The position numbers were made by a program, and so were the translations under genes. Shown piece by piece: positions 19,901-25,735 of a stretch of DNA of 25,735 nucleotides. Location: the IMG/VR virus record IMGVR_UViG_3300037851_000519, positions 1-25,735 of that record. One strand, 5' to 3'. The notes beneath the pieces were generated by a model. That model saw nothing but the letters and a program-made list of their open reading frames with translations. It had not been told where the DNA came from and did no database searches. The stretch's first letter is position 1; each line of letters opens with the position of its first letter. The DNA comes from a virus (lineage: Duplodnaviria > Caudoviricetes).

Positions 19901-19987
19901 GGAAATGTAACCATCGTATTGAATGTTGGCGATCAGCATCTTGGCAAATATGTTCTAAATACTATAAATCAGGAGATTAGTCTATGA
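7940..19987 (+). CDS. Giant tape measure polyprotein (4015 aa): putative virion RNA polymerase + PD-(D/E)xK nuclease + tape measure + Hint domain
   Basis: TMP position after G/GT; GAGG RBS (7930-7933). Gly/Ala hydrophobic segments (~16140-16585), Gln-rich helical region (~18510-19080) and TMP C-terminal motif FASGG..PGYPND..SSGERV (19715-19795). Enzyme motifs are listed separately. Confidence 0.85.
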   Translation: MPRKAKNSPAHSQVLSRNPFRIGPRNQETLWDEIKNAFEFETSGAGRNIDDYEIEHLYDSLESFTRVRVLNKISGKSQTIDLRRVGERNEETAALQIVHHGDATQGGGILPQIEAASDFGWNNLAYSYVSPTRVLSRALAASLEKRAPSFYKILGEGSERYGVASHKAAGDESIVAGGLIGALSYSGQSQINMLYGSVNIQIPGSVGGERVLGDIRQEQRYLQSLGVSMESGMLRDFGGAGYQIRTTSAVPRAQRTVYDPLVETDAAGIPRITGLAHAYTKSGEPLPAKAYKHGQAAFGPNREVAMPMIGWTPAQPSPFEFELKKSRGVTRADYPFYSQLRGRFEQWEQQEIRDDSGNIIQDAAPLHNVKVGLQLFPNAVPFESGSQKFDPTMRNIDSFAIQQPRYMRLPGIQTIDDLTSIQNLSIDAGRVIGAGHGSAIIGQLNGSDIRMARRAREQMVVGGSASLVIPPYMNLNPQEGESPFLGTAPDVLPSGSTIKSTEELARNLSERLGMPVYRREVDAVGLRFETLSKTQAALKFAGLKTSESPVISGLPIMATIGGEKVRVSDVGSEIKTAPLMVSQSFMMFPQRMKANWAGLLGSDEFTNWVSRAPENTTIDEYARQYSGFSGKRTSWLEMVGQMYRGVLQQPEGLDTLKKYGYTPVKTPQWVNWDLMSEGEVAIHRNAMREQGYTQEQIDQRLRFTPDPKRQGMYQASFFMQSGLLGFGAQDYVPELEGWGIMNYRQVAAMKTYFPEAFSSIFAGRLATNELSAPDKQGWNELLSWYSWDRESVTGEYPIFAGKDVSTLITRETAGKLNFLTRHPDQITGLSEEEAARIAEVGAGGLTELERMTLYDKAIKTAAPDYKSGNMLYYESSNLYIPGPRSIRSIDEFNEAGESTGYASKSWLSMFGKANVASGQGQSNIDVQKSAYRFRKMMDNRLSGKNIAKNVFGYDAPGMIFERYIGMGALKPNEVFLGEGTLRRSIESLPGITSSGTRRMMHSLTGGVSPEVLYMASKFAEREDAVGGLSKALIDKYPNLYTGASGAKGSARVTYEDRARKDAARFLSKQAALANAYIPSFSFRQPDTSRGSVLPTRTITAHQLAARGIDPKTFAGVNTGISSWFSAMGVGDWDRDPMQTFFSVTRSGNKYTQHLSPEAAQWNEELDAMTANFAGRLGLKEADVFSAMEGMFGDKANDLNIVSATLKGYMDAQAGGAPAYEKGLVMERRPYSEFGDLNTMWGSQKRDMGSVYNIQRLIESAAGSVAAFTGENEKTFVENVFDPNQAEYQAALDFSRYGKNNPLFTMLTTARFFREGGGQAPNAKLNFGFYFDDPTKSGNFISAMSSGQSDPSNLVNAMIGELAIDKNGKHYMSNSALASLFSPNMDAFSRNVQALDEFDRLKAANDPMVAGMSRAGVLRGDFIGKHDVLGNVSVSERSIAPMAIMATGVGKSLTSSHEKYATTQAVADDMDFGVSWMGSTQTMSQIFNSPEVYLTNMINRYQRKENLKIPQSEKIMAISAMRTLAGRMRGTGNKNEPLTDDALAKMPIAVQELARSYRQGMGDQDWLRYTQGTQNIDQLLGEELASMRVKVAGALMTGELGTPMNVRTSELSGYIRGDARYKNNPLKKMQLSRMGYNRETIESMYPFRGDEGKARSGNEFESQFAAAARQLTLKSKAQGAPAWGGGTRFAHVGSGAGANAGGYLEMPAGGSTYRGFRMSISPDIIGWDPDAKRFYWGEAKYSRSSDYVEQGKLQNALYVAGATRMANDPGNFDAMQQAFYKYLSDDPVEWAEMHQAIAGGQNAAFAVTPTDSRITANEETRGKLNSLLAQKQEMLAKNSGADTAEIDEKISAIAGNLDRFDIGDYKVSLFDYQKVLSENQKAIDTFAAESSDPQIFARKVIESGVFKDLRRNRISDRGLRAWAYETLGTKDPDAPTASGVNIAGRRLSDAERERGTSTLKGALAGYRRASGIAGQDRGSDYTGGAGGPPPPGAAYTDDDEQPGDRPPGSGSTPEDWQKYLSGISGAIERGINRGMAGAKVNAVIDFGGGNKRPGDWKMARALGVATKLGNIVRGTDNLMTLPTRIGGALEQSGLLGSTKFSDYPGLSQAMTVALAADRRRFADVLSPFRKELKMASGLMVEGSQALVGPGTMQSYGLDLEDPVISQIAKGLFGNPEEKGEFGRFLRESVEAQAAYGASIATPAEANRAERQRAISAAFATRMDKGSLAQMASGLAGAYGISLTPSQSRADVINTLAGAIKGDPQEFINYLSATPSMHDYFGDLRATAKKLGGDYSQFTANASAGPQYGPEYGAFAEALAGIDDTDYGKIKYDFMAVQEDMLARNRWARQVGRTSGIFAAGARGSATSFDATSRQAAISSLDDDIAKMQEQMEKLASGLDSGIRGVTKDLGLAIAELGKVTSAYQADAMPSDTAVLTAGILTDIIGKHGSIAEAKFKRAALEARTGPAHGDTRDAANDYFLANAEAQQAREAYAKIPSHYPMSARQRAAERRMSTALDEGIAHTRLSMRLARTALAGELGEGDESIIPESPGALQAYAATKTGLSREQIAEFAKYKATVDAHDTAKSAKLEYDTSRVAAPWQGEQNKQALTRLGDFNDKIKQLGDTLEHGTRYSGRFARDMAELTEAIARDDLRDVVNKIGRATGIDPTDKTPEQMQDIISGRMSRLSARMSRRWTPERQSEFDALESYQRQLGVEQQKYGLAQNALQYQSEDYGMGGFFRRAFGGFGLLYMRGIASNIFGGLRTGREERLQQEQQIYSAIAPAFGGVEYIAPEQRAAMARGLYGGSFSAWTSNISANIMQRYPGMNAAANVAQAGIFGFAGASWLASLSPALAGIAGGTLPFAGVAAGIAAAGTYGMGIYSAYSDVEGTAVGMASRYLPTGLTAQERYTSAARQGGGFGPYWSEFVVAPQGIAWLGSDSQRETTSNIEQMIDIMQKGGVSPAEAARKVLGIGAHRNEIEKYVMMYTRATRINSESGVDIETAAKAVGLGAKYGIPEYSWHPTAASGLSIRSDVYAPLGAALQAGINVEGLALGVGQAAGWSPIQSQANVSAIVTNMMTSFGGVLGAQMTSAQADILQAATQRYAQLGPYAGMPGSSSEEQLAALRKLQQFGALGSKQWDIYQREWTKKQQEHLEFGKIMPTADELLDELSGKPWWASGSGAGEDMGTTAYTAQLRQYAEWERKFGAKSKIKEVLIQAGFEGDDARRIVGGLGEFTQGRAQDLLQRLSAVDNIRESLVSGRWKSQEEAREIAKGMLRDTLEEYRRDRDRPSMQEEQRALRTPDQWNPQQLAIQAAALRFDQGALAYANANQMNLAGMGQVPFYLVGQEVGQFGPFQNRVTGQPLFSTTMQWGRPGGTTDLGGIKGAPTGLTAEQVAAILYGTKNWQQQGPLGGRLIQGMVQGVDIGIQGIPQIGGLMAAQFMMAQASYQNQMASIGNSMAQLNLQYAFQTGVGLDKYSGIVNPQTGVPFGVSSKGYGWNIPGIGSYKSTGGGFWGLEDASRALGYAQQEWQFGQQEKQMQMQERFFNQNMGLQTRQAQMQRNWTQQDWAFQSQVRGLEWQWKQEDFQEEVRFMTGRERKKAERGMERETIMYGLEGEQIDKQKKRQQELWKLEDERFTIQRQQHQETMQFQREQLATQIAFFQERKKIEDEQVKLQRAQWTEQMKLQREALGIQAKQAKDQKDYQDLQLKIQTLQVAINTGIGDSQVLSDELWKTIQKWLKDLGIMAGNLPTGGGGGSGGCFIAGTPIATPAGNVLIEDISVGDQVYSYDENNREITIGLVDHILRSSSNSVYDVSIGGQTFRCTWNHPWLTTRGWVKAKYLAPGDTVLTMNGSDISETEVESSVSVDGSFPIYNFEVAVTHTYFADQYVVHNIQQKTSTSGGGSGTITAPPGSPASGGIFNGRALSFASGGFTVPPGYPNDLFQLWASSGERVTVTPRWANAAVSTKELQNPWNSSLMLNNNGVGGGNGNVTIVLNVGDQHLGKYVLNTINQEISL
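9554..11830 (+). other. Two-barrel (DPBB) RNA polymerase domain within the TMP (motif-bounded)
   Basis: Ordered motifs: KFAGLK (aa 539-544, weak), RLSGKNIAKNVFG (aa 940-952), LKPNEVFL (aa 969-976), RQP (aa 1083-1085), GDWDRDPM (D1131/D1133/D1135), MGSVYN (aa 1247-1252), QAALDFSRYG (aa 1288-1297). Confidence 0.75.
12752..13210 (+). other. PD-(D/E)xK nuclease domain within the TMP (RecB/Cas4/lambda-exonuclease-like)
   Basis: VRTSEL (aa 1605-1610), GNEFE (aa 1656-1660), SPD (D1722), EAK (aa 1737-1739) and QNALY (aa 1753-1757, QxxxY) occur in canonical order. Confidence 0.7.
19214..19612 (+). other. Hint (intein-like) domain, 133 aa, no homing endonuclease
   Basis: CFIAGTPI (C3759), IEDISVGDQV, block B TWNHPW, YNFEV..THTYFA..VVHN (N3891). 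The +1 residue is Ile. Flanked by Gly/Ser linkers. Confidence 0.92.
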
Positions 19988-20406
19988 CGCAATACGATTA
20001 TATTGTCTTGTCGTCGAGCGACAATTCGATTACCGGCAAATTCACTGTTATTCAGGAAGGATACAATCCTTCTCTTGAGGCAATCCAGAATGTTTCCGAT
20101 ACGATCGATGGCGGCGTCGATGTACAGGTTGGTCCAATAGTCGAGATTAGAGGTATGCTAATCAAGTGCCGTCACACAGAGGATCGCGTTGGCTATGGGA
20201 CACTCGCCACTCTCGAGTCGTTATTCCGTCTCAGAAATCCGAAGGGAACGCCGAGCAACATTATTACTTATACTGATAACCTGGGCTCGCAGTATCAGGT
20301 TATATTCATTGACAACTGGCAACAAGCTCTATTAGCCCACCAAGTCGAGGGGCTATATGCCTGGTCGCTGATCAAGATTACATTGAGGATATTGGCGGCT
20401 ATATGA
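19984..20406 (+). CDS. Distal tail (Dit)-like protein
   Basis: 140 aa, beta-rich, ATGA-coupled directly after the TMP. Positional assignment. Confidence 0.55.
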   Translation: MTQYDYIVLSSSDNSITGKFTVIQEGYNPSLEAIQNVSDTIDGGVDVQVGPIVEIRGMLIKCRHTEDRVGYGTLATLESLFRLRNPKGTPSNIITYTDNLGSQYQVIFIDNWQQALLAHQVEGLYAWSLIKITLRILAAI

Positions 20407-23400
20407 TTAGTGTATCATCTACCCTTGCCGATGCAATAAATACTATCTCCTATCGGCCAAAAGCCAAATTGGTGATCAGAGAGAATCGGGTAAAGGCCGG
20501 CGCGATGACGGATTTAACGCCGAGTTGGGTTGCGGACACAAACGAAATTCCGGTAACCCCACACCCGCAAGATGTATGCTATGTTGCGTTGGGTTACGAT
20601 AAATTGCTATCTGTCACTGAGGTCGGCGGCAAACTAAAGGTAACCGCTAATATTAGCGATACTCATACATTTGATGCGAATGAATATGGTGGCGCCGGGA
20701 TCGCCATAAAGGACAAGTGCAAGCCGGCGCTATACAACGATGGCTCAACTGTTTGGGTATTTTATTTAGATACAAGCAACAATCTTAAGCGGGGAACTAT
20801 TGATCTGGCTAGGGCGTTGGCAGGGACACCAAATGCCAATTGCGTGAACAATGTTACTACTGTTGCATCATCGGTGTCATATTCTGGCGCGCTTCACGCA
20901 ATTTCCGATGTCGAAGTAGCATTTATTTATATACTCGAGGGTGGGATATCCGTTATTTTGTATAGGTACGTAACTGGAACATGGTCTGCCTACTCTTGGG
21001 ACAGGCGATTTCTCAAGCCCGCGGCTGTAATTACCGATGTCTATGAAACCGTATTTTCTGCTGCCGCCAAACTCGGGACCGATTATTTCTTTTATCTGAC
21101 CATGCAGGATACCGGAGCCATTCATGGCGTGAAGGCGGACAGTGATTTTAGATGGAGCGATACGTTCGAGGCTGTCCCCGCAGACCTTACCACAACCGCG
21201 ATTTGTAATGCGGTCTCGGCAAACGGATATGTACATTTAGCTTGTCAATTCAAAAGGACGGACGAGCTCGCACTAGCAGGTGTCCGGAGTTTTATTCTTC
21301 GTAGTGACAATGGGTTTGTTTTCACTATTGATAAATATGTATTATTTACTAGTCTTGGATATAGATTCCTGATTGCCACTGATACAAATAATGTTTACGG
21401 GTATGCGTCAAATCGTGTTGTGCAGGGATATAAGTCGAGGCACTTTACCGCCAGTTTGACCTCCAACACGGAATTAGTTATACCTGGATCTGCGATTAAA
21501 AAAGTTAGCGGCGCGCCAGGTGACCGCGCAGGAAATGCGTCAATCGAGATCGCCAATGGGGACGAACAGTACACTTCGCATCCACTGTTAAAACGTGGGG
21601 CGCAAGCAGATGTCTACATTGGCTATGAGACGACCGCAGGAGACGAATATGTTCTGTATATGAGTTGCGTTATTACGCGCGTGTACAACACAAGAGCAAG
21701 TGGCGTGAGGGCACTTACCGTTGGGTTGCTCGCCGATGGTTTGTGGCACTCAACACAGGTTGGATATCCGTTCTACGTGGAAATCGAGGGTAAGGTTGCG
21801 CATCGCGACAGCTGCGATGATCTAGGCAACTTTTATACTCCAGAGAAGTCTGGAACGGTTTTGGATCGTGTTTTTATAGATTTCTGGAAAAGCGAACCAT
21901 ATAACGATGGTATATTGAGTGGCCAGAACTTTATTGTAAATGGGGGTATCTCCCCCACTACTCTCACCGGTGATCACTCGGCTGGCAAGGCAATTATTAC
22001 AGAGTTGTTCAGTGATCAGGTAAACATGCTAAACGAAGTAACGGTAACCGACACGGATGTATTTGTCGAGGTGTTCGGATGGTCGAGAACCGTCAAGGGT
22101 GATACTGGTCCAAACGACACGGTTGAAATTCGTTTAAAAGTCAAGGATGTAAATGGTGCGGAACGAATTCAAACGGGGTCTATTTCCGGAACAGATGTTC
22201 GATTTCCAAAATCATATCAGACGGTATCCGGGGATTACGATAATGGCAGCTATCCGATTAGGTATGTGTTTGCCAATGGATCGGATGTTTATCCGGGCGA
22301 GGAGCTTTTGCAGGCTATCATCATATTCGCGAACGGCGCAACAACCGTTGCATGCCCGGAGCATATTGAGATATATGGTGGTATTTATGCGATAGAGTTG
22401 GGCACAGAGAACACGCCCTGGGATCCCGATCCGGGCTATGCTCCGGGAAAGATACTGGCATCCGGAACACTGAGCGCGACTAGTTATCAGGGTACAGATG
22501 TTAGCAATAACCTAACAATTGGCGCGCTTTATTGCTTCGAGTTGACTGGCGGCTGGTTCAAATATGCCGCTGGTGGCGATGAGGGTACAGCCATCCAGTT
22601 CGCCAACTCTGCCGGAGATACATATAATTCGTATGGCTTGCCCTGGGGTGGCGTAATGGGTTACAGTCCGGAGCTAGCGGAAATCAAAAAGATATTACCG
22701 TCATTCGGGGTCCAGGGCGAAGTGACCGAGGAGAGATACGCCAGGCTTTACTTCGCCGCACAAACAGCGTTACTAAGAATACGTGTTCAAGAGCATACCG
22801 ACACCGATACATCAGGTGAATGGGCCGATAATATCGGTACTTTGAACTGGACATTGCGAGAAGTTTTGACAGATAAATCGAAACTTAGGCTCCCGGATTG
22901 GGATCATCCGTATATCATGTTCTCGTCTAAGCCCTACAATACCTTCAACTTCTCTCTGTATGCAAAGTTTTTCTATACCTCGGGGGCAATGCCAACAGAC
23001 AAAGAGATTAGATGGGGACTGATTGGATTTGCGGAAGATGCTCTTAACTATATTTGCGCCAGATACAACCCGCGTACCTTTATGATGGAGCTCGTAAAAG
23101 TACGTGGCGGAAAAGAGACCGTGTTGGCCAGCTCGTATTTTGTTTACAGTGATGCCCTTTGCTCTCAAAGTGCATTGGTATTCAATCATCGGGATGGGTT
23201 ATTTACAATTCATGCACACCAGTTTGGCAATTATTACAGTTCTCCGCTTGTGTCTTATCAGTGGAAGGCTAGTGATGGGCCTCTTAGTACCACGGATGAC
23301 GTTAGGCACGTTGGTATTTATGGCGACAAAAAGGCTATGTGGTTTTACGTTAACGGATACAGTACGGCTGGTTGCGATGGCGTGATTTTTCTTCCGGGAT

Positions 23401-24125
23401 CTCCGTATACTTATGATCCTACCCTGCCAAGCGATGGGTATATCAAAATGGGCGATGTGATTTATAAATATTCTGGTAAAGCCGAATTCACAGGTGTTCC
23501 GCCAGTACGCAATCGCTATTTTTGGGGACCATTTCAATGCAGGTCTACTACCGGATTGATCGGGGGGTCAGTTGCCTGGGAAATTACTATGTTTGATTGG
23601 TTAAGAGGAACAAGCGATTATGCCGGAATGTTTGTCGGGAGTGACAATAATTTTTGTCGCACGATCGAGCGCAGCGAGTGGCGCATTAGCCACGATCCCA
23701 ACGATGTGCTTCCACCAGACAACGACAATTATATTCGCAATAGGTCAAGGCATTTCAACGTAAATCTACCCCCAAATGATTGCGGTTTTGAGAACCGGAT
23801 GGTAATTGGCTCTGGTGTCAAAATAACAGGCGTATATATGGAAAAGCCATTGTCTACCAAGGCCAACGCAAAGAAGAAGAAAGATGACAAGGGCAATACA
23901 AAGAAAACAACATATACGCCTACGCATGGCTGGCGAGATAAGGCATTTATCAATGCGACAGACGAAATATGGGTATCGGATTTCATGGCTGTGTCTGGTG
24001 GCCAGGATCAAACGATTGAGGATATATTGACCAAGCTCTGTTCATTTGCAGGAACGAGAGCAGAGTTTCCCGGTAACGTTGTTGTATCAAATCTTTCGGT
24101 GTTGGGTAAGACGGTGATCACATGA
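20403..24125 (+). CDS. Large tail tip protein (hub N-terminal part with inserted carbohydrate-binding-like domains)
   Basis: 1240 aa, beta-rich. Propeller-like N-terminus, hub-like ASIEIAN..LLKRGA..VYIGY segment, WADNIGTL and WGLIGFAEDALNY lectin-like motifs, and QTIEDILTKLCSFAG near the end. Confidence 0.6.
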   Translation: MISVSSTLADAINTISYRPKAKLVIRENRVKAGAMTDLTPSWVADTNEIPVTPHPQDVCYVALGYDKLLSVTEVGGKLKVTANISDTHTFDANEYGGAGIAIKDKCKPALYNDGSTVWVFYLDTSNNLKRGTIDLARALAGTPNANCVNNVTTVASSVSYSGALHAISDVEVAFIYILEGGISVILYRYVTGTWSAYSWDRRFLKPAAVITDVYETVFSAAAKLGTDYFFYLTMQDTGAIHGVKADSDFRWSDTFEAVPADLTTTAICNAVSANGYVHLACQFKRTDELALAGVRSFILRSDNGFVFTIDKYVLFTSLGYRFLIATDTNNVYGYASNRVVQGYKSRHFTASLTSNTELVIPGSAIKKVSGAPGDRAGNASIEIANGDEQYTSHPLLKRGAQADVYIGYETTAGDEYVLYMSCVITRVYNTRASGVRALTVGLLADGLWHSTQVGYPFYVEIEGKVAHRDSCDDLGNFYTPEKSGTVLDRVFIDFWKSEPYNDGILSGQNFIVNGGISPTTLTGDHSAGKAIITELFSDQVNMLNEVTVTDTDVFVEVFGWSRTVKGDTGPNDTVEIRLKVKDVNGAERIQTGSISGTDVRFPKSYQTVSGDYDNGSYPIRYVFANGSDVYPGEELLQAIIIFANGATTVACPEHIEIYGGIYAIELGTENTPWDPDPGYAPGKILASGTLSATSYQGTDVSNNLTIGALYCFELTGGWFKYAAGGDEGTAIQFANSAGDTYNSYGLPWGGVMGYSPELAEIKKILPSFGVQGEVTEERYARLYFAAQTALLRIRVQEHTDTDTSGEWADNIGTLNWTLREVLTDKSKLRLPDWDHPYIMFSSKPYNTFNFSLYAKFFYTSGAMPTDKEIRWGLIGFAEDALNYICARYNPRTFMMELVKVRGGKETVLASSYFVYSDALCSQSALVFNHRDGLFTIHAHQFGNYYSSPLVSYQWKASDGPLSTTDDVRHVGIYGDKKAMWFYVNGYSTAGCDGVIFLPGSPYTYDPTLPSDGYIKMGDVIYKYSGKAEFTGVPPVRNRYFWGPFQCRSTTGLIGGSVAWEITMFDWLRGTSDYAGMFVGSDNNFCRTIERSEWRISHDPNDVLPPDNDNYIRNRSRHFNVNLPPNDCGFENRMVIGSGVKITGVYMEKPLSTKANAKKKKDDKGNTKKTTYTPTHGWRDKAFINATDEIWVSDFMAVSGGQDQTIEDILTKLCSFAGTRAEFPGNVVVSNLSVLGKTVIT

Positions 24126-25084
24126 CAAAATATGGCGCGTTTGATGTTCGTTTCGTTCTGCCAGTTCTCAATCCCGATGTTCGGGTGGGACCTGTCGTAA
24201 ATGTTGTTTACGAGACCAATACAAATGATGCCACTGCATTTGTCATAAATCGCGCTGCGTATGCTTTATTGTTTGAAGCCTGGAGTTATAATCTGGCGAC
24301 CGGCGCGCTTGTAACGATGTTTGAGCAGTGTTCGCTGTCTGGTATTTCCGTGACCAGCAAACATCGCCTCAGAATTGTTGGGGGCAACCAAATGGTGTCG
24401 CTTTATATCGACGATCGGTGGATGTTCACGTTTTCGTACACTGATTGTACGTGGGCAGACACGGGAACAGAAATGTATATGCATGCCAGCGATTTGGTCA
24501 ATCTCGAAAATGTAGTTGTTTCTGAATTGAACGTTGGCCGTAATGCTATATTTATCGAGATGGAACACACATCGCAATCTGCAATAGATAGCGTACTTCA
24601 AGAGAGGCCTGTCGAGGCAATGCCGGGTAATCTTGGCGGGATTCGGTTTTCCTACAATGCGATCAGAGATTTATACCAGATGCCAACGCATATCATTAGA
24701 TACCACAAAGACAGGGATGTTGATGTGCCATCAGCGGCCAGCGATGCGATTATTTATTACTCGGATGTCGCAGTTATCGAAGATACCAAATACGAAGAAA
24801 GCGATGGGTTTGTAACCAAAATATTCAGATTGTCTAATCTTGATGCGGACGCAATCCTGGCCGGAAAAATATTGCTCAGGAAAATGCGCGAGTCTCAGCG
24901 AGTACACGAGGTGACTATTCGAGCAGATCCACGCGTCGAATGCGGCGATCGTGTAACACTCGCATATTATATATCTGGGACCGGAACATATTATGTTGCC
25001 GATTTCATTGTTGAAGAAATGAACTTCGATGTATCGCCACAAGAGGTTCAAATGGTGCTAGCCGGGAGGTCATACGATCCATGA
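24122..25084 (+). CDS. Tail tip/baseplate hub protein (Tal/gp27-like C-terminal part)
   Basis: 320 aa. SQSAIDSVL..GNLGGIRF and C-terminal ADPRVECGDRVTL..FIVEEMNFD..MVLAGR, typical of hub barrels. Confidence 0.6.
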   Translation: MTKYGAFDVRFVLPVLNPDVRVGPVVNVVYETNTNDATAFVINRAAYALLFEAWSYNLATGALVTMFEQCSLSGISVTSKHRLRIVGGNQMVSLYIDDRWMFTFSYTDCTWADTGTEMYMHASDLVNLENVVVSELNVGRNAIFIEMEHTSQSAIDSVLQERPVEAMPGNLGGIRFSYNAIRDLYQMPTHIIRYHKDRDVDVPSAASDAIIYYSDVAVIEDTKYEESDGFVTKIFRLSNLDADAILAGKILLRKMRESQRVHEVTIRADPRVECGDRVTLAYYISGTGTYYVADFIVEEMNFDVSPQEVQMVLAGRSYDP

Positions 25085-25735
25085 AGCGGACATTGAGGCG
25101 AACGCTTGACGCGATTGCGGAGAATTCTACCTTTACCGTAACCATTGTAGCCATTACTGGTACAACGGTTAGCGTTAGACTCCCTACGGGTAAAGTCGTT
25201 TCCGGGTTGACCGTTATAGGCGGCTCTGTTTATATTGGCGATGTGGTAACAATGGTGTATCTTGGTGGAACGCCATATGTTCTCGCTCCGTCTACGCAAA
25301 CGTCCTTAGCAGATGATGGGGCAACATCAGGGCCTACGGTTAGCTCGGAGTCATCGTCGGGTTCGTCATCTTCTTCTGGTACAAGCCAACATGAGTTGGT
25401 TGGGCCATTCCATGTGGCAAGTGGACTATCAATAAATCAGGTGCTAAAGGCACTTGGTAGTACAACGTTTGGGTTTGGGTTTTTATCGCATACAGAGTTG
25501 ATTGGTGTTTCTGCAAACGACCATCATTTATCATTTACTGCACTAAAAGATGATCAGGCTGCCCAGGTTGATCCAGTGGCCTCGGTTATTTCTATTCTTG
25601 GCGGGAATGGTATTTCAACGGCCGCCGAAACTGGCGCGTTGAGAATAAATATTGATCTCGACGGCAATTCTATTGCTCTTGGCTCGAATGGCCTATCTGT
25701 AAACCTTGGATCTCCGTCCGGACTGGAGGCGACAA
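25081..25735 (+). CDS. Tail spike/fibre protein, 3'-truncated by the window end (absent from the ORF track)
   Basis: ATGA overlap at 25081 and open for 218 codons to the window end: MKRTLRRTLDAIAENSTFTVTIVAITGTTVSVRLPTGKVVSGL..., Ser linker, HELVGPFH, SHTELIGVSANDHH, ILGGNGI. Confidence 0.75.
   Translation, partial: MKRTLRRTLDAIAENSTFTVTIVAITGTTVSVRLPTGKVVSGLTVIGGSVYIGDVVTMVYLGGTPYVLAPSTQTSLADDGATSGPTVSSESSSGSSSSSGTSQHELVGPFHVASGLSINQVLKALGSTTFGFGFLSHTELIGVSANDHHLSFTALKDDQAAQVDPVASVISILGGNGISTAAETGALRINIDLDGNSIALGSNGLSVNLGSPSGLEAT

Noticed and set aside
19613-19987. Polymorphic toxin tip after the Hint domain
   Set aside because: The downstream segment carries the ordinary TMP C-terminal FAxGG..GE.V motif, and no immunity-like gene follows.
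814-25534. Numerous minus-strand and alternate-frame ORFs in the track (e.g. 959-1627, 11843-12379, 17663-18316)
   Set aside because: They overlap long + strand genes of a coherent operon and show no recognisable protein motifs; treated as shadow ORFs.
590-25735. Stop-codon reassignment
   Set aside because: Genes tile densely under the standard code, and TAA, TAG and TGA all end genes at sensible boundaries.
1-25735. Terminase, integrase, tRNA/rRNA, IS elements, DGR repeats
   Set aside because: None recognised by eye. They may lie outside the window, so lifestyle and host cannot be assigned.

Overview
One co-oriented (+ strand) virion-morphogenesis operon of a tailed phage or prophage. No sheath gene is present, so the tail is probably long and non-contractile. 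Gene order: hairpin-rich leader and promoter (1-600), portal, scaffold, capsid cement-like protein, N4-gp56-like major capsid protein, adaptor, tail completion protein, tail tube, tail chaperones G/GT with a -1 slippery site (CCCAAAC), a giant 4015-aa tape-measure (TMP) gene, distal-tail-like protein, two tail-tip/hub genes, and a truncated spike/fibre gene missing from the ORF track. The giant TMP is the highlight. By manual motif reading it is a polyprotein: a two-barrel (double-psi beta-barrel) RNA polymerase (RLSGK..NVFG, LKPNEV, RQP, GDWDRDPM, MGSVYN, QAALDFSRYG), a PD-(D/E)xK nuclease (SPD..EAK..QNALY), a Gly/Pro linker, a helical and hydrophobic tape-measure body, and a non-canonical Hint self-cleavage domain just before the TMP C-terminal motif. 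A TMP-fused virion RNAP has precedent (Thermus phage P23-45). I do not know of the RNAP + nuclease + TMP + Hint combination. All family calls come from motif recognition and gene order, with no database search. The host cannot be determined here.
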